Shown here piece after piece: positions 39,301 through 50,834 of a stretch of 60,795 nucleotides of DNA. The stretch covers positions 3,213 through 64,007 of the forward strand of contig MNCI01001105.1 in NCBI GenBank assembly GCA_015680685.1. Reading direction: 5' to 3'. Each line of letters starts with the position of its first letter. The stretch's first letter is position 1. The translations under genes were made by a program, and so were the position numbers. Origin of the DNA: Gnetum montanum (Eukaryota; Plantae; Gnetophyta). The notes beneath the pieces are model-generated. The model was not told the origin of the DNA. It saw nothing but the letters and a program-made list of their open reading frames with translations, and ran no database searches.

Positions 39301-42300
39301 GCTAGCTCCATTGTATTAAGCCTTATATTTGAAGGCTTATAATCTTTCTTATTTTATGTCTGGATAAATAATGAGAACACTGAGACTAAAAAAAATTCCT
39401 CCTTTTAGATCCCACTGAATTGCCCATGGTATTTTTGGTAGTTACGTGATTTCTTACTGTATGTTTTTTTGAATGTTTTTGTTAACATAAGTGTTTATTT
39501 ATTACAAAAATCTTTAAACGCTTTGTTTTAAATTGTTACTTTTAAAATTTCATATGATTCCGAATAGTGATTCCAAGCAATCTACGACCCAGAATCTTTT
39601 GTCTGAAAAGTTAATCCACAATCCAATCCAAATTTCCAATCTATGGGTTTTATTCAAAAGTACATTATTCCTAGAGGACCATTGGTAGGATGTATCATTT
39701 TGCATGTATTTCTCAAATGTGACATGATATTGAATAGTGCACATTTTGAGATAGAATCTAGGTTGAGGGCGTGTATTCCCATATTTGTTTCTCATGTTGG
39801 CTCCAGAATCAAAAGGCTTAAAAATTAGCGAAAGTAAGATAGAATATATGGAATGCAATTTCAATAACAATATAAATAATGGTTAAATAGAAGTAACAAT
39901 TCAAGGTCAAAAAGTTTCCCACTGCAAACAATTCCGCTACCTAGGATCAGTGCTCCAATCACATGGTGAATTTGATAAAGGTATAAGAAATCAAATTGAG
40001 GCAGGATGATCATGATAGAGACAAGCTAGTGGTATTCTATGTGATAAAAGAATACTAATAAAACTGAACAGAAAAGTTTACAGGACAGCAATCAGGCATG
40101 CTATCTTATATGCTACTAAATGTCAGGAAGCACAAAGGAGGAATGAACAACAAATCAGTATAGCAAATATGCAAATGCTTAAATGTTGAATGTTGAGTGG
40201 CTTCTATTTCAGATAAGTTACAAGAATGACTACTTAGACGGTTTGGGCATGTGCAAAGAAGATCAAACAATAAGCCTATAAAAAAAGTTGCTACATTACT
40301 ATTCCAAAAAAACCACAAAATGAAGACCAAAAAAGACATGGGAGGAATGAACAACAAATCAGTATAGCAAATATGCAAATGCTTAAATGTTGAATGTTGA
40401 ATGTTGAGTGGCTTCTATTTCAGATAAGTTACAAGAATGACTACTTAGACGGTTTGGGCATGTGCAAAGAAGATCAAACAATGAGCCTATAAAAAAAGTT
40501 GCTACATTACTATTCCAAAAAAACCACAAAATGAAGACCAAAAAAGACATGGGAAAAAATATCGAAGATGATCTGAAGAAATTGCAAATAAACAAAGATC
40601 CAACTGTTCATAGAAGCAAATGGTGAAAAAGAACTCATGTAGCCAACTTCATTTTGTTGGGACAAGGCTAGGATGATGATGATGTTAACATTTAGGAGCA
40701 GGATTGTTGAAGTAAATAGCAATGCCATAAGAAACCAGATGTATAAATTCAAATAAAATGCAGTAAACTTGATTATTTGAGCATTTGCCCCACTTCAATA
40801 GGGGCTCAAGGCTTACTTTTAGTTCCCTTGCTTTTTCATTGTGACTGTGGATATGTGTTTGGTTTTTTATTTCTTGGCACTAAACCATTGCATTAATATT
40901 TGTTTTTTATTGCAAAATTTCTTATTGTTGATGGGGCCCTAACAATACAATGTAGGTGATATATGGTGCCTAATCTTCTTGAGTTACTATCTTTAGTACT
41001 TACCAACAAGAAATATGTGTTCCCTAATTTCAAAATTTAGGATTTTAAGGTAAGCATGTTTATGTGTATCTGTATTAGAATAGATAGTGTATCACTACCA
41101 ACGTGCAAACTCGGCCTGTGCTTTAATGATATGGAAAAAGTACACCAATCATATTAACTAAACAACACCAGGGTTTACACTGCTCCCAATCATTAATTTT
41201 GGGCTCTATTAACTCAAATAGAAAAGTTAAGAATTTTTTTCAGCAACTCTTTAAACTTGGCTGTTGTAGTTTTGGTACAGTTTTGTGAGGTCATGCTGTG
41301 AAGTTTAATAACCTTTTATCATTGTTTTCTTTTTTCATTTTATTTTTCCCTTTTTTAGAGAGCAAGTGGATGTATCATATGCATAAACAGAAACCACTAA
41401 CACTCTATAGATTTACAGATAACTATAAGATTTAGCATTGGGGGCATCATTTAGAATAATGGTAAGCTGCTTGCTTTGAAAATCACATGACCTGGGTTCA
41501 AATCTGGGCACAGCCACTCAAAGAGGTTAGGCTTTTGTTCATCTACTGATCCTCAAAGGACCCTCCCTTGCAGGATGAGCATTACGCCTCCTAGTGATGA
41601 TCCTATTATATGATTTAGCATTGAAAATCAAAGCTTAAAGCTATGTACTATCATTTATTTTCTTTTTAGCAAAGATGTTTTGAATTATGCTAGATTTATG
41701 ATCAGTTATAATTGATTTCTGAAAGACTTGAGAGAATGAAAAAACATTACAGTAAACAGATAATTGATATGGCAAAGAACTGATAAAACAAGAATGTGGC
41801 TAATCTAATAGCAAAGCCTGCTTTATGTCTCTTATTAATTTTCATGGCCACGCAAAAAACAGCTTAAGTCCATGTCTACTACTATTGCAAGACAAATCTG
41901 CTGGAAGCTCATTAAACAAACACATCTACGAACTAGTGCGTGCTAACGATTACATCTCATCATATAGATGGCTGTAGCTCTAAATATACAACATGATGCT
42001 AATTTTGGGAATGAATAAAGAAACTAAGTCAATTACCACACTAGTTGCATCTCTTCCACCACACAACAAAAGCAGGCCATCTGAACGAGCACTTGCAGTT
42101 GCATACCTGAAAAAGAAATCGCCATAATTGTTATAACTTCTAACCTGCATTTCACATAAGCATGACCGAGAACTACAATAACAAGTAAAAAAAATTTAAA
42201 AAGCTCCTTCACAAAATTGAAAAAGTAACATAAAAACACAACCAAATTTGATTAGCCTTCATACAATACATGCCTCCTTCAATTCTGAACATGGCAAAAA

Positions 42301-45300
42301 CTTCTATAAAATACTATTCAGCACAGGTAATGAATACAATTATGATAATTCTGTGATTTTCTGAGCAACTTGCATCTAGGTGGCTCATCAAAAACTATTA
42401 ATTGAGCAACAGAAATCATAAGAGAAACATTGTTCAACCCACATGCATGGAGGTGGTCCATCTCCTTCAGGTTCTAGCTTACGCCATTCATACGGTTTTG
42501 CAGCAGTGTCAAGAGCCCATACATCTGATAATGGCCTTTTACCTGAAAATAATACATAGAATACATACTTCGATTTATTTATAGAATACTAAATATAAAA
42601 GCATACAAATATAAATATCCTTCAAACGGAAAATGTAAAATCAACAATAAAAGGCTTCCCACTCTTACCATCATTACCACCAATTGCTAGCAAATATCTT
42701 TGTCCAACCAGAGCCATAACATGACCGTAGCGAGGCCCAGGACCAGGTCCCTGGACAATTACCCTGAAGAAACAAATAGTTAGTAGCCATGACATTAAAT
42801 TTTATAAATATAAAAGCAATGTCTTAAAAAATCAAGGTCTTTCTTGAATCACCTGTGCCATTTTGGCTGAGGACCTGTTAAATCAAGAACATGCAAGTCC
42901 TCAGACGAAAGACCAGTAGGACCAATGCCTCCCTGTAAAAGATTTACATGTTTGAACAACATACAAGTTAGGCAATCGAAAACATATCAGCAAAGATTCT
43001 GCTGAAAAATAGATAACAATTGTTTCAGTGTGCACGCATAGCAAAAATAAAAACATTAAATCATGTTCAAATACGGATATACCTGAATGACAACCATTGT
43101 ACCAACAGCAGTAGCAACATGGGCTGCACGAGGAGATGGTGGTTCTCCTATAGGAGTAAGTCTAAAATGCAAGTAAATACAAAGATATTTAGAAAATACA
43201 AATATCTTTGGTTATATTGAAAAATAAAATCTAGGCAAAAGTACATCTCAAATTTCAAGACCATCAGATATGCCTGAGTAAATGCTAGTTTACCTATATA
43301 TTTATTATATATATATCTATTATTTGGCTAAGAGAATCTTTCTCTTTTTCAAATTAATGAAAGTAGAATAGTTGATTTACTGAGAATTGATTTTCATGTT
43401 GGGAAAAGAAAAACAAATCCAGTATGAAATACTTCGTGCCATTGCAGTTGTTTAGCTTTAAATTCTGTGTTGGTGATTGACCAAGCCAAGTGAAAAGTTC
43501 ATCTCTTAGCTCCATTACATACCCATAATCCCATGAAAATAAAGATAAAAAGTTCATCTCTTGGCAATTATTTATTCTCCATGATAAAGTCTAGCTAATA
43601 CATACCCATAATAATTCCCATGAAAATGTTCATGTCTTCACCCACTATTTATGACATTTTTATTTATTTTCGATGCCAAAGTCCAGCCTCTCGGCCAAAA
43701 CAATTATTCCCATGAAAAAGTGCTGTTACAACAATAATAATTTTATTTTCCATGACAAAGTTCAGCCAACTGGTAATTGGCCTCTCAGCCAAAGTCATGG
43801 TATGAATCTAGAGAAACATATATCTCCATGTTACTCAGATTGCTCAGAAGTACTATAAGTGGTGTTTTCAACCATTTTGAACGTCACACCTATGATAAAG
43901 GCATTTATTAAAAAATACGTATGGCATACCTATCTAAGCATCAAAAAAAAAACACACACGCTGGAAAGGATTTAATCAACTAAATGGACCAAAGGAAATT
44001 TGTTAGGCCATTAACTCTGCTAATGGCTAGAAAGTGTCATTTGTTGTACAACCATGCTTACAAAATTTTGAACTAAGAACTCATATTAATAAAAATAGTA
44101 ATTAAGATGCCACTGTTATGAATCATATTTTTGAATCAAAATGAGTTAAAATTTAAAAAAAAATGTTTTAAATTTCTTATTAATAAAATTTGTTTAAGAT
44201 CACTGTGAACAGATAAAAACTTCTCTATATAAATATTTCCTTTATGGTTTACAACCATCATCATAATCTAACGCCACTAGAAAGTCTAAGGGCAAAGTTA
44301 TAATTATGGCAGAAATGTTAGGGCAGCAGACGATCTAAGGGTGTGGGCAGACTTGAAGCCTAAAAAAGTGTTGTGCTGTTCAAGGGAGTGCAATGACATA
44401 TTGCATGTAGCAACAATGCCTTGCAGAAGCAGCTGTGCTGGACGTAGGTTGAAACCCTGAGGAACCATCAGGATTTGTTGGGGCAGCATCCGCAACAGCA
44501 GGCTGTCAAAGAGGTGTCCATCAAGGAGGCTGCAGGTACAGGAGGTGTAAATGGCAGACGGGTTGGTGGTGCTTGGTGATGCCATTGCCACTGCAGACAA
44601 GGCACACACCAGCTATGTATCAAACCAATTTCAGGTTGGCATAGCAATGTAGCAATCAACAAAAATCTTTTTCAATCAAATGGATATTTACAGTGTGTTG
44701 CCTTAGCCTCATTTACATACCAATCTTTGTTTAATGTTGATTTTTCTTTTTTTTTATTGCATGCATTTTGAAAATGGTTAAAATTCAATTTTTTTATGGA
44801 TCATTATTATGTTAAAAACAAGTCACGATCTGATCTGACATCTGGACCAAGCCATTTAAGACATTAATCTTGCAAATTTTCTGCAAAAGGAATCACTACA
44901 CTCATTCGGTAATATTTCTATTACAGAAGTTACCACTTTTTGTAACAGTCAGCATCCATCTAAGCATTCACATTTCTGACACACTAATTTGTTGTTCATG
45001 CTCGTTTTTACAAAATATATAAGATTTAATTTTTATAAAAAGCATAAATAGTAGAGAAATAGAAGTAAAAATTCAGGGCCAAAAATTGCCTAGCTAGAAA
45101 CAATTCCACAAACTGGGATCAATGCTCTATTCATGTGGTGAAAGTAATAGAGGTATAAGAAATAGATATATGAAAGGATTGTTGAAATGGAGATAGGTTA
45201 TTGGTGTTTTATGTGATAAAAGAATGTTAATAAAACTAAAAGGAAAATTTACAAGACAGTAATCAAACTTACTATTTTATATTTTGCTAGATGTTGACTG

Positions 45301-48300
45301 TACAAAAGAAGAATGAACAACAAATTAGTGTCACAAAAATACAAATACTTAGATGCATGTTAAATGTTACAAGAAGAGATAAACTATGCAATGCAGACAT
45401 TAGTCTGAGATTACAAGACAAATGCCTGAAACCAAAAAAGCAATTTAAAATACAGAAATAACTAATAAAAGAAGTCTTCTCTCTATAAAAATGCTTTGGA
45501 AAGCTTGGAGTAGCTTCTATTTCAAATAAGATATAAGAATGGTGACTTAGATGGTTTAGTCATGTGCAAAGAAGATCAATTAACAAGCCTATCAAAAAAG
45601 GTTGTCACATCATTGCTCCAAGAAAGTTACTAAAAGGAAAACCAAAAAAGACATAGGAAAAACGATTGAAGATGTTATGAAGAAATTGGAAATACATAAC
45701 GATCTAGTTCTTCATAGAGATGAATGGTGAAAGAGAACTTAGATAGCCAACCCCATTTTGTTAAGATAAGGCTAGATGATGATGGCACTACTTTTTACAG
45801 CCCAACATTCAGTGCAATATAGAATAGAAGACCTGAATACTATAATATAAAATTATCTTTTTTAGTTTTATTGGAATCCCCATAAAACGCCACTAGCCTG
45901 TCTTCATTTTAACTTTTAACCACCTTGTCTTAATCCTATTCTTATAGTATCCTTACCAATTTCACCAACCGTCTCCACTAACATGTCTGCATTTTGACAA
46001 CCCATGTTCTCTGCTATACCCTGATAATCTACAAGATCTAACAAATGACTCAAAGTTTTTCCTCTCCATTAGTGAGAATAATTTCAATGACTACTGCAGC
46101 CGAAAGCAGCTGCAAGGGCCAATAATCCTAATGAAAAAAAACTCTTTATGATTCAGAAAAGATAAGATTGAAGACCTGTAAAGTAGGATGTTAATGCACT
46201 TCAGATATTCCAATGCTGCATACAGTTGATACTCATTGTCAACTATATTTTTTGCTTGTTGGACATGTATCTTAAATATCATTTATATGTTGCCAATCAT
46301 AGCTTCATTTAAGGAGGAAGACTGACCTACAATACGTTAGACTAGCTTATTCCCATCCATGTTTGTTGGGGCACAATACAAGTACACATTTATGCTTGTG
46401 TCAGGCAAGGAGAAACTCTGTTGCTTTGCATCTAGAAATTCCCTGCAGTTTCCAGGAAAAAGGGAATAGCCAACCATATATCTCCAAATCCTAATCGCAA
46501 TGCTCCTTTCAAATTAATAGGACAAACAATAAGAGGCTCATTCATCTCAAATATGCTATCATTCTTATCATTAAATGAATATTTGGTTGAGTGCTTTGAA
46601 AATATTTCATCTGTTAAAAAGCTCTGATATGTCTCCATCTCTAGATATTCTATAAAACTTAACCTGTGATTAATGTGCATAGTTCAAAAGGTAGAAGGAT
46701 GAAGGATGGAGACCTTAGAGAAATGTTGGACAAATTCAATTTCAGCCATTATCTTTTTGCACAATATCTTCAGCATAATCCTTTGGGATCAACCCCGTGA
46801 ATCACAGGACGCAAGTCACAAGCCTTAGGATACAAGACAATTATGTTTGGGTTATTCTGGGAATGAGTAACGAAGATGAATTCCATAAAATTAAACAGGT
46901 CAGAAAATTAACAATAAAGAGGAACACATGTATCAAAGCAATATCAATGAAACCCAGAACTGCTAACATAACAGTGAATTCATGTCTCTACTATAAAACC
47001 TGTATAGAACACTGAAAAGAAAACAACACAATAGATTTTCAGCATAAGAAATTTCAATTTTAACCATTTCAAAGAAAAATGGCCTTTACCTAGTCCATTT
47101 ATTTGCAAGTATATCGTAACAATGAACATCAGCAGTAGCACCTGCTAGCCCTGAAAATAAAAAATGGAAACCATTCTGAGGGATTAATCTTAGAAATTAA
47201 AACACCATAATGAGAAGATATTAATGTTTATAACAATTGTCTATTTTTAGGAAAATAAAAAGGTAAAAAATACATTATGAACTGCCAAACTAGACAATTT
47301 TCATAGCAAGAACAATCTAGGTTTCGACTACATGATGTGATCCCTTGGAAGACATACTTTCTCTTTAACTGAAAACAGAAGAAGAAAGTTAAATCTCATC
47401 TGTCCAAAATTATTGAATGCATGTGCCTATTAAAAGGACCAAAACATATGTACAAATTGACTTCTTCATTCCATAAATGTTACATCATAATAACTTGGAG
47501 TGATGATAAGGTGCTTGTTTCTCAAGTTGAAAAAGGTTAAGCTTTCATTCATCCACCAACATTCCCAAGACCCCAGCTTGGTGGGATAACCATTGAACCT
47601 CTGGGTGATGATCCTTGTTATATAATAACTCATAAACCCAGAAATAAAGACAAACCATATTGATTAACATATAGCATTCACATAAATATCTTTCTGTTAA
47701 AGATTTTTCTCTGTAAAACTTGTATTCTTGCTTCTTGCTACTCACATGAAATTTGAGACAGATAGCCAGCAACTTTGTTTCAATGTTTATTTTATGAATT
47801 TAGTTTATGTCAGATCAAATCCAGATAAACCTTTAAAATATGTCCCGCAAGTCAGTTCACTAAGCAAGATCCCATACCATTATTTATGGAGGTTTTACTA
47901 TGTATCTTTTGCAACCAGTCATGGCATGCATTCATCTTTCTGCATCATTATCTATATTAGACCTTGCATGTTGGGAATTGACCAGTTTGTAATAATATGG
48001 TTGTTCTGCATACCAACCTATGAGCTCCTATCAATGAAGAGGTAGCTCAACTGGTCATTTGTTGGTTTCTCAACCAAGAAACTGTAAGTCTGGTAAAGGA
48101 AGGGTGGGGAAATGGGCTTGCTTTATGCCTGTCATCTTTTTTTGCTGTTTCCTTTTTTTCTCTTCTTCTTTTGGTTTTAAGGGAGAGAGTGGGAACTTGG
48201 ACAGAATATAAAGGCACCTCAAGTGTTAACTCAAACTAGCACCCTAATACCTGCATAATACTAGTCAGACAATGAGCTAACCAATAGAGTCACCTCTTCT

Positions 48301-49714
48301 TATATGGTTTGCACTATGCATCTTCTGCACCTAGTCAAGTTATGCACGCATCTTTCTACATCATCTTCTATATTGCATCTGTATATTTGTAATTGTCTTA
48401 AAAGCAATTTTCAAATATCAGTACCTGCTGTGAAATTTCAAAGAGTTTCTGTCAATGACATTGTAGCTCAACTGGTCATTTGTTGGTTTCTCAACCAAGA
48501 AATTATGAATCTGACCTTGACGTAGCAGGTAAATTGGGCTTGCTCTGTGCCTTCCATCATATGGTAACTTTTTGTTATTTGGGAGAAAGAAAGAGGTGTC
48601 ATAGAGTAGGCAGCATGGGTATGCTGTGTGCTTGGCATTGTAAAGTAATTTTTTGTTATTTGAAGAAGGGTGTCATAACCTGAAACTTTTCTTCCTTTTG
48701 GTTTTCTTTAACTATATGCATCCTAGAACATATAGCTAACAGCACGATACTTAGGTAGAATTTAGATAACATGTAACCATCTCATGTGTAACTACCCAGT
48801 CAGATAATGATGTAACTAACTGAGCCACCTGTCAATGGCTCTCCTAATAAGTTTTTATTATTGAGTTTCGTGCATATTTTTCTATTCAAGCACTGTTCTC
48901 CATGGTAATTTATTCACCATTTTGATCACGTTTTGTGAAAGCTAGAGGCCTTTGTTGTTTGTGTTGACTAACCGATGATACCTCATGTACTTTTTTAATT
49001 GTTCTCCGCTGAAATCACCGGTAAAGTAACTTTTCAGAAACAAGTAAAATCCATTTTGTTTCGACAAATCCTTCTCTATTATTTGTAACAGTTCTAAATC
49101 TCCTATGCTTTAAGAGCCTAGCATCCCATATCACCCACGCAGGGTTCTAAATTCTCCTTGCCGATACAGCAAGGGGGAGACAGCAACCTTACAGATACGT
49201 TTTGGCGTTTCAAAACTCTCACAGACTCACCATCAAAATCTAAACCACTGTAACCAAAATTTGAAAAATTCAAATTGAACCAAATGAGTCAAAAAGAAGT
49301 CAAGAACAACTCACTGATTCCTGCGCTACCACCTGACGACGGAGGACCCGTGGCTGCGGAATTGCCCTCAAGCGCCGTGGCACCGCCGAACAATATCAAC
49401 CTCGGTCCTACGTATCCAGGCGAGCCTTCTTCGCCTACAGCGGCTACGGAGGTTAGCGTGTGACCACATCGAGATTTCGGTCCATCCTCTTCCTTCTCTA
49501 TTATGGCCTTCAAGACTCTGTAAGAAGGGGCAGGGCGGGGCCCTTGCTGCTGTGGTTGATGATGAACATGATTATTCGTATTATGCTGCTGCTGCGGCTG
49601 CTGCGATTGAGATGACGCGGCAGGCTCCTGCGCGTTCGCATTGGCCTGCGTGTTCTCGTGATCCGAATCCATCGCCATTCCGGAATCCACCTCCATTTGC
49701 TCCGTCGTCGTCAT
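21343..49714 (-). CDS. BSL2/BSL3: Serine/threonine-protein phosphatase BSL2/BSL3-like (BSU1 family, Kelch repeats plus PPP catalytic domain); 21 exons, 1006 aa
   Basis: Exons, minus strand: 49315-49714, 47090-47150, 43083-43161, 42853-42932, 42669-42763, 42443-42542, 42037-42106, 27962-28063, 27806-27887, 27481-27660, 25447-25729, 25081-25324, 24805-24975, 24464-24702, 22837-22921, 22643-22741, 22358-22557, 22181-22256, 21794-21929, 21575-21714, 21343-21441. All introns are GT-AG with consistent phases, total 3021 nt. Kelch motifs (RCGHTLT, PRAAHVA, PRYGHVM, PRYQHAA) and PPP motifs (GDLHG, GDYVDRG, RGNHE, HGG, RAHE, SATNYC). [14 protein letters not shown] and [15 protein letters not shown] indicate the BSL2/3 clade. 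Alternative start at 49696 (MEVDS). Confidence 0.96.
26468..26695 (+). mobile_element. tRNA-derived (Au-like) SINE with internal duplications, BSL intron 10
   Basis: A-box-like TGGAGGAATGG and a duplicated B-box segment AGACCTAGGTTCAAGCTTG. The body matches the copies at 41441 and 47490 (AAAGGTTAxGCTTT...GGATGAGCATT...GTGATxAT). Confidence 0.7.
28975..29310. mobile_element. Degenerate non-autonomous DNA-transposon (hAT-like) remnant with (A/G)TCCC subterminal motifs; related copy at ~30630-30820
   Basis: GTGGTCAGTAACCACATCCCTG...ATCCCCACCCTAGGGACATCCCA at ~29016 resembles GTGGTCAAATTTGACCATATCCCTG...ATCCCCATCCTAAGGATGTTCCA at ~30658. No TIR or TSD established. Confidence 0.4.
29625..30480. 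repeat. ~0.9-kb dispersed repeat, copy 1 (inverted relative to 38690-39600)
   Basis: Shares blocks with the reverse complement of 38690-39600, e.g. AACAATTTAAAACAAA, GAGTATAAAAGAAAT, GCATCAGTGG(A/G)CAGCCA, GGTGCCGAATTCTAA and GTTGAAAATGGTGCCAAA. Confidence 0.85.
33336..37912 (+). mobile_element. L1-clade LINE, near full span but RT deleted, inserted in the copia protease region
   Basis: 14-bp TSD AATAAGATGGACAA (33322-33335 and 37913-37926) and A-rich tail. ORF1 DUF4283-like (LCLLGKF...[13 protein letters not shown]) with knuckle [16 protein letters not shown]2 endonuclease MKILS*NCR at 34825, then DIVCLQE, DFNE, GSKFT*SN and RIDRV. zf-RVT HNSLPV..TL...CPLC...ETLAHF..QC..REVW. Confidence 0.92.
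38690..39600. repeat. ~0.9-kb dispersed repeat, copy 2 (inverted relative to 29625-30480), nested in the copia element
   Basis: Reverse complement aligns by eye along copy 1. Confidence 0.85.
39803..40685 (+). mobile_element. RTE-clade LINE 3' fragment with an internal ~205-bp tandem duplication
   Basis: [37 protein letters not shown] and FGHVQRR; (GAT)n tail. Duplication at 40137-40340 / 40341-40551. Confidence 0.88.
41441..41611 (+). mobile_element. tRNA-derived Au-like SINE with TSD
   Basis: A box (TAGAATAATGG), B box (GGTTCAAATC), CAGCC...AGGCT body, and 12-bp TSD GATTTAGCATTG at 41429-41440 and 41612-41623. Confidence 0.8.
43323..43793. mobile_element. Probable Tourist/PIF-Harbinger-type MITE in BSL intron 2
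   Basis: Inverted termini TTTGGCTAAGAG / CTCTCAGCCAAA; internal reiterated (TT)CCCATGAAAA and AAAGTTCATCTCTT motifs. Confidence 0.5.
45050..45784 (+). mobile_element. RTE-clade LINE 3' fragment in BSL intron 2
   Basis: [26 protein letters not shown] and [10 protein letters not shown]; ends GCCAACCCCATTTTG...AAGGCTAGATGATGATG. Confidence 0.85.
46400..46870 (-). pseudogene. Possible highly decayed L1 RT fragment
   Basis: [13 protein letters not shown]...[10 protein letters not shown] and VCP...LGFGDI resemble L1 RT motifs; the match is weak. Confidence 0.3.
47490..47615 (+). mobile_element. Internally deleted copy of the same SINE family (B box lost), BSL intron 1
   Basis: CTTGGAGTGATGATAAGGTGCTTGTTTCTCAAGTTG joined directly to AAAAAGGTTAAGCTTTCATTCATCCACCAAC...CTGGGTGATGATCC. 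Confidence 0.65.
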
Positions 49715-50112
49715 TCATTCCCCGCCTCAGATTCCTTCGTCACTGCAACAACAACATCATTTAAACACTCAAAGGATTCGGACCGGCCAGAAACCCTAGC
49801 GGTTCCTTCCTCACGCAGCTCGGCCGATAAAATTGACGCGAAGAAGACTTCTCCCTCAATTCGCAGAACCAATCCGGTCTGCAGCCAATTCGCGAAACCC
49901 TTGCAAGTCGTCGAAGGAAAAAACAAAAAAATCAAATCCGCGTGGCGCCGACAGAATCCGAATCCGCTCGACAACAATTCGAAGAATACAATGGCACTGA
50001 GAGCGCCAAGATCTGCGCAGAGAGATGAAGTGAAAAGCGATAAACGGCTTCAGTGCTTTGTTCTTGGAAAGCCAGATTCCCTCAGGAGAGAAAATCCGGT
50101 ATTTGTGTGTGT

Positions 50113-50247
50113 GAGCAGAGAGAGAAAGAGAGAGAGACACGAAGACAAAGGCTGAAACTGCCCTCTAATCAAGATTTGTGCTGAGGAGCATTGATTATGC
50201 GAAGGCAGAACAGCAAAGGAAAGAGGGGCTGACCTGGTATTTATGAG
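50113..50247 (-). promoter_or_regulatory. Probable BSL core promoter / 5' UTR start
   Basis: Minus-strand TATA-like CATAAATA at ~50238-50245 and a (CT)n pyrimidine tract at 50113-50138, 0.4-0.5 kb upstream of the ATG. Confidence 0.35.
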
Positions 50248-50834
50248 TTGACTGGCTGGCCCGGTTGCAGTTGCAGGAGATATTTGCCGGATTTAAATTT
50301 GTTATTATTTGTTATGTTGTTTAAGTTAATGTATTTTAGTGGTCCGAGAAGATTGTGCTCCGCCAATGTGCTGTCGTCACTATTAGTGTCCTCTGGTTCG
50401 TTGGGTGGCTGCCTCATTCATGCTTTGTATGGAAATAGATGGATCCCAGATTTTGGAAATTACGATGAATGGGCAGAGTGACGCACCACCCTGAATCACA
50501 TCCCCAGCTTAAAATAGAATTTGGTGGGTTGAAGTGGATGAAGTTGTTAATGGTGGTTGTTGGAACATACTTTCCTTGAGTGAAAACAAATCGGTGTTCT
50601 GTTTACGCTTCCGATCAAATCTATGGTTTGGACTAGAAGAAGTCAAATGTTGTATTTGTCTCCATATTTTAGTGTGTGTTTTTGAAATTAGCCCCAAAAA
50701 TAAGGTAACAATGGAAAATACCAAAGTCAACACCATCATTATAATCATCATTTTACCATTATCCTTAATTACAAAGATGAATTGTATAAACTAGGTTAGA
50801 TGTATATAGATATATATATAGATGACTTTAAATA

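Larger units (their letters stand above)
31562..40944 (+). mobile_element. Old Ty1/copia element in BSL intron 7, internally deleted and hosting nested insertions
   Basis: Diverged LTR-like ends at 31562-31871 (TGTTGGAGTAAACAGCAATACCA...GGCCCCTGACA) and 40705-40944 (TGTTGAAGTAAATAGCAATGCCA...GGCCCTAACA). Degenerate Met PBS after 31871, purine tract before 40705, flanks AGACA/ATACA. Gag knuckle ECWFCKKG, protease [17 protein letters not shown] and pre-integrase LWYRCLGHI. Confidence 0.7.

Noticed and set aside
41441-41520. tRNA gene
   Set aside because: Has A/B boxes but no cloverleaf, and carries a SINE body and TSD.
21343-49714. Functional link between the PPP phosphatase gene and the TE accessory domain (by analogy to PMD-PP7L)
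   Set aside because: The LINE is antisense, decayed and intronic, so the co-location is most simply chance.
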